64,000 bases of DNA from a virus: positions 31,829 to 95,828 of IMG/VR virus record IMGVR_UViG_3300046786_000121; one strand, written 5' to 3'. Of this stretch, positions 63,702 to 64,000 are shown in pieces (position 1 is the stretch's first letter; the number at the start of each line of letters is the position of its first letter). The notes beneath the pieces are model-generated. The model made no database searches, had not been told where the DNA came from, and worked only from the letters and a program-made list of their open reading frames with translations. The position numbers and the translations under genes were made by a program.

Positions 63702-63728
63702 AAAAAGAAAGGACTCCTAAGAGTCCTT
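63702..63728 (-). terminator. Intrinsic terminator
   Basis: AAGGACTC-TTAG-GAGTCCTT plus U-rich tract. Confidence 0.85.
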
Positions 63729-63741
63729 CCTCAAACCCGCC

Positions 63742-63757
63742 CCGGGAGCGAATCGGT
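63742..63757 (-). repeat. 16-nt 3'-UTR hairpin element, copy 2
   Basis: ACCGATTCGCTCCCGG, identical at 56260-56275. Confidence 0.9.
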
Positions 63758-63774
63758 ATAGGTTTGAAAGCTAA

Positions 63775-64000
63775 TTACAGAGCTGAGCTGTGCATACCCA
63801 AAGCGCGAGCCTTGTAGCCAAGAGCTACGATCTCACGTGATGGCTTGCCAATCTCGTAAGTTGTAACCATAACGCCATTGCCTGCCTTGTGACGTTTAGC
63901 GTAGACAGCATAACCACTGTGACGAATGCGAGTAGCTTCGGCACGGATGTTCTTTACACCAAAGCGATGATTCGCTTCGGCTGCTGTCAATGTCTCGCCG
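63775..64000 (-). CDS. Winged-helix DNA-binding protein, 5'-truncated
   Basis: GETLTAAEA..RFGVKNIRA....IR.SGY.VY; frame open to the window edge. Confidence 0.7.
   Translation of the reverse strand, partial: GETLTAAEANHRFGVKNIRAEATRIRHSGYAVYAKRHKAGNGVMVTTYEIGKPSREIVALGYKARALGMHSSAL

Noticed and set aside
1-64000. Alternative genetic code (stop-codon reassignment)
   Set aside because: Core genes are full length and tightly packed in code 11; TAA, TGA and TAG all act as stops

Overview
A 64-kb segment of a large T4-like (myovirus/jumbo-type) dsDNA phage genome in the standard genetic code. No rRNA, tRNA, CRISPR array or integrase was seen. 1-21.1 kb is a virion module: a large structural protein, tail terminator and neck proteins, dNMP kinase, tail sheath and tube, head-completion nuclease, and small and large terminase. 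22-47 kb is a replication/recombination module: gp32-like SSB, UvsX, UvsY, UvsW, a putative clamp-loader small subunit, a 189-aa miniature DnaE core, primase and a gp41/DnaB helicase. It is interrupted by a 10-kb glycan island (Gmd, epimerase, GT17, FkbM, a cytidylyltransferase-cupin fusion and two triplets of paralogous glycosyltransferases). 47-52 kb holds accessory genes. From about 52.1 kb the DNA is visibly more GC-rich (by eye about 50% versus mid/upper 30s, not computed). There about 30 short minus-strand genes plus a MoxR-AAA/VWA pair are driven by 17 related near-consensus sigma70 promoter cassettes, and an 18th copy is inverted and drives a candidate ~95-nt ncRNA. The most novel signal is an RNA-level layer in this early region. 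Each of its four clear intrinsic terminators is preceded by an anti-Shine-Dalgarno-like element. One is a hairpin loop perfectly complementary (12 nt) to the MoxR gene's own RBS, and two are an identical 16-nt hairpin whose loop matches the GGAGCGA RBS of other early genes. Many late (TAAATA) and replication-gene sigma70 promoters sit 4-8 nt from the ATG, implying widespread leaderless mRNAs. All family calls are from motif recognition by eye, not database searches.
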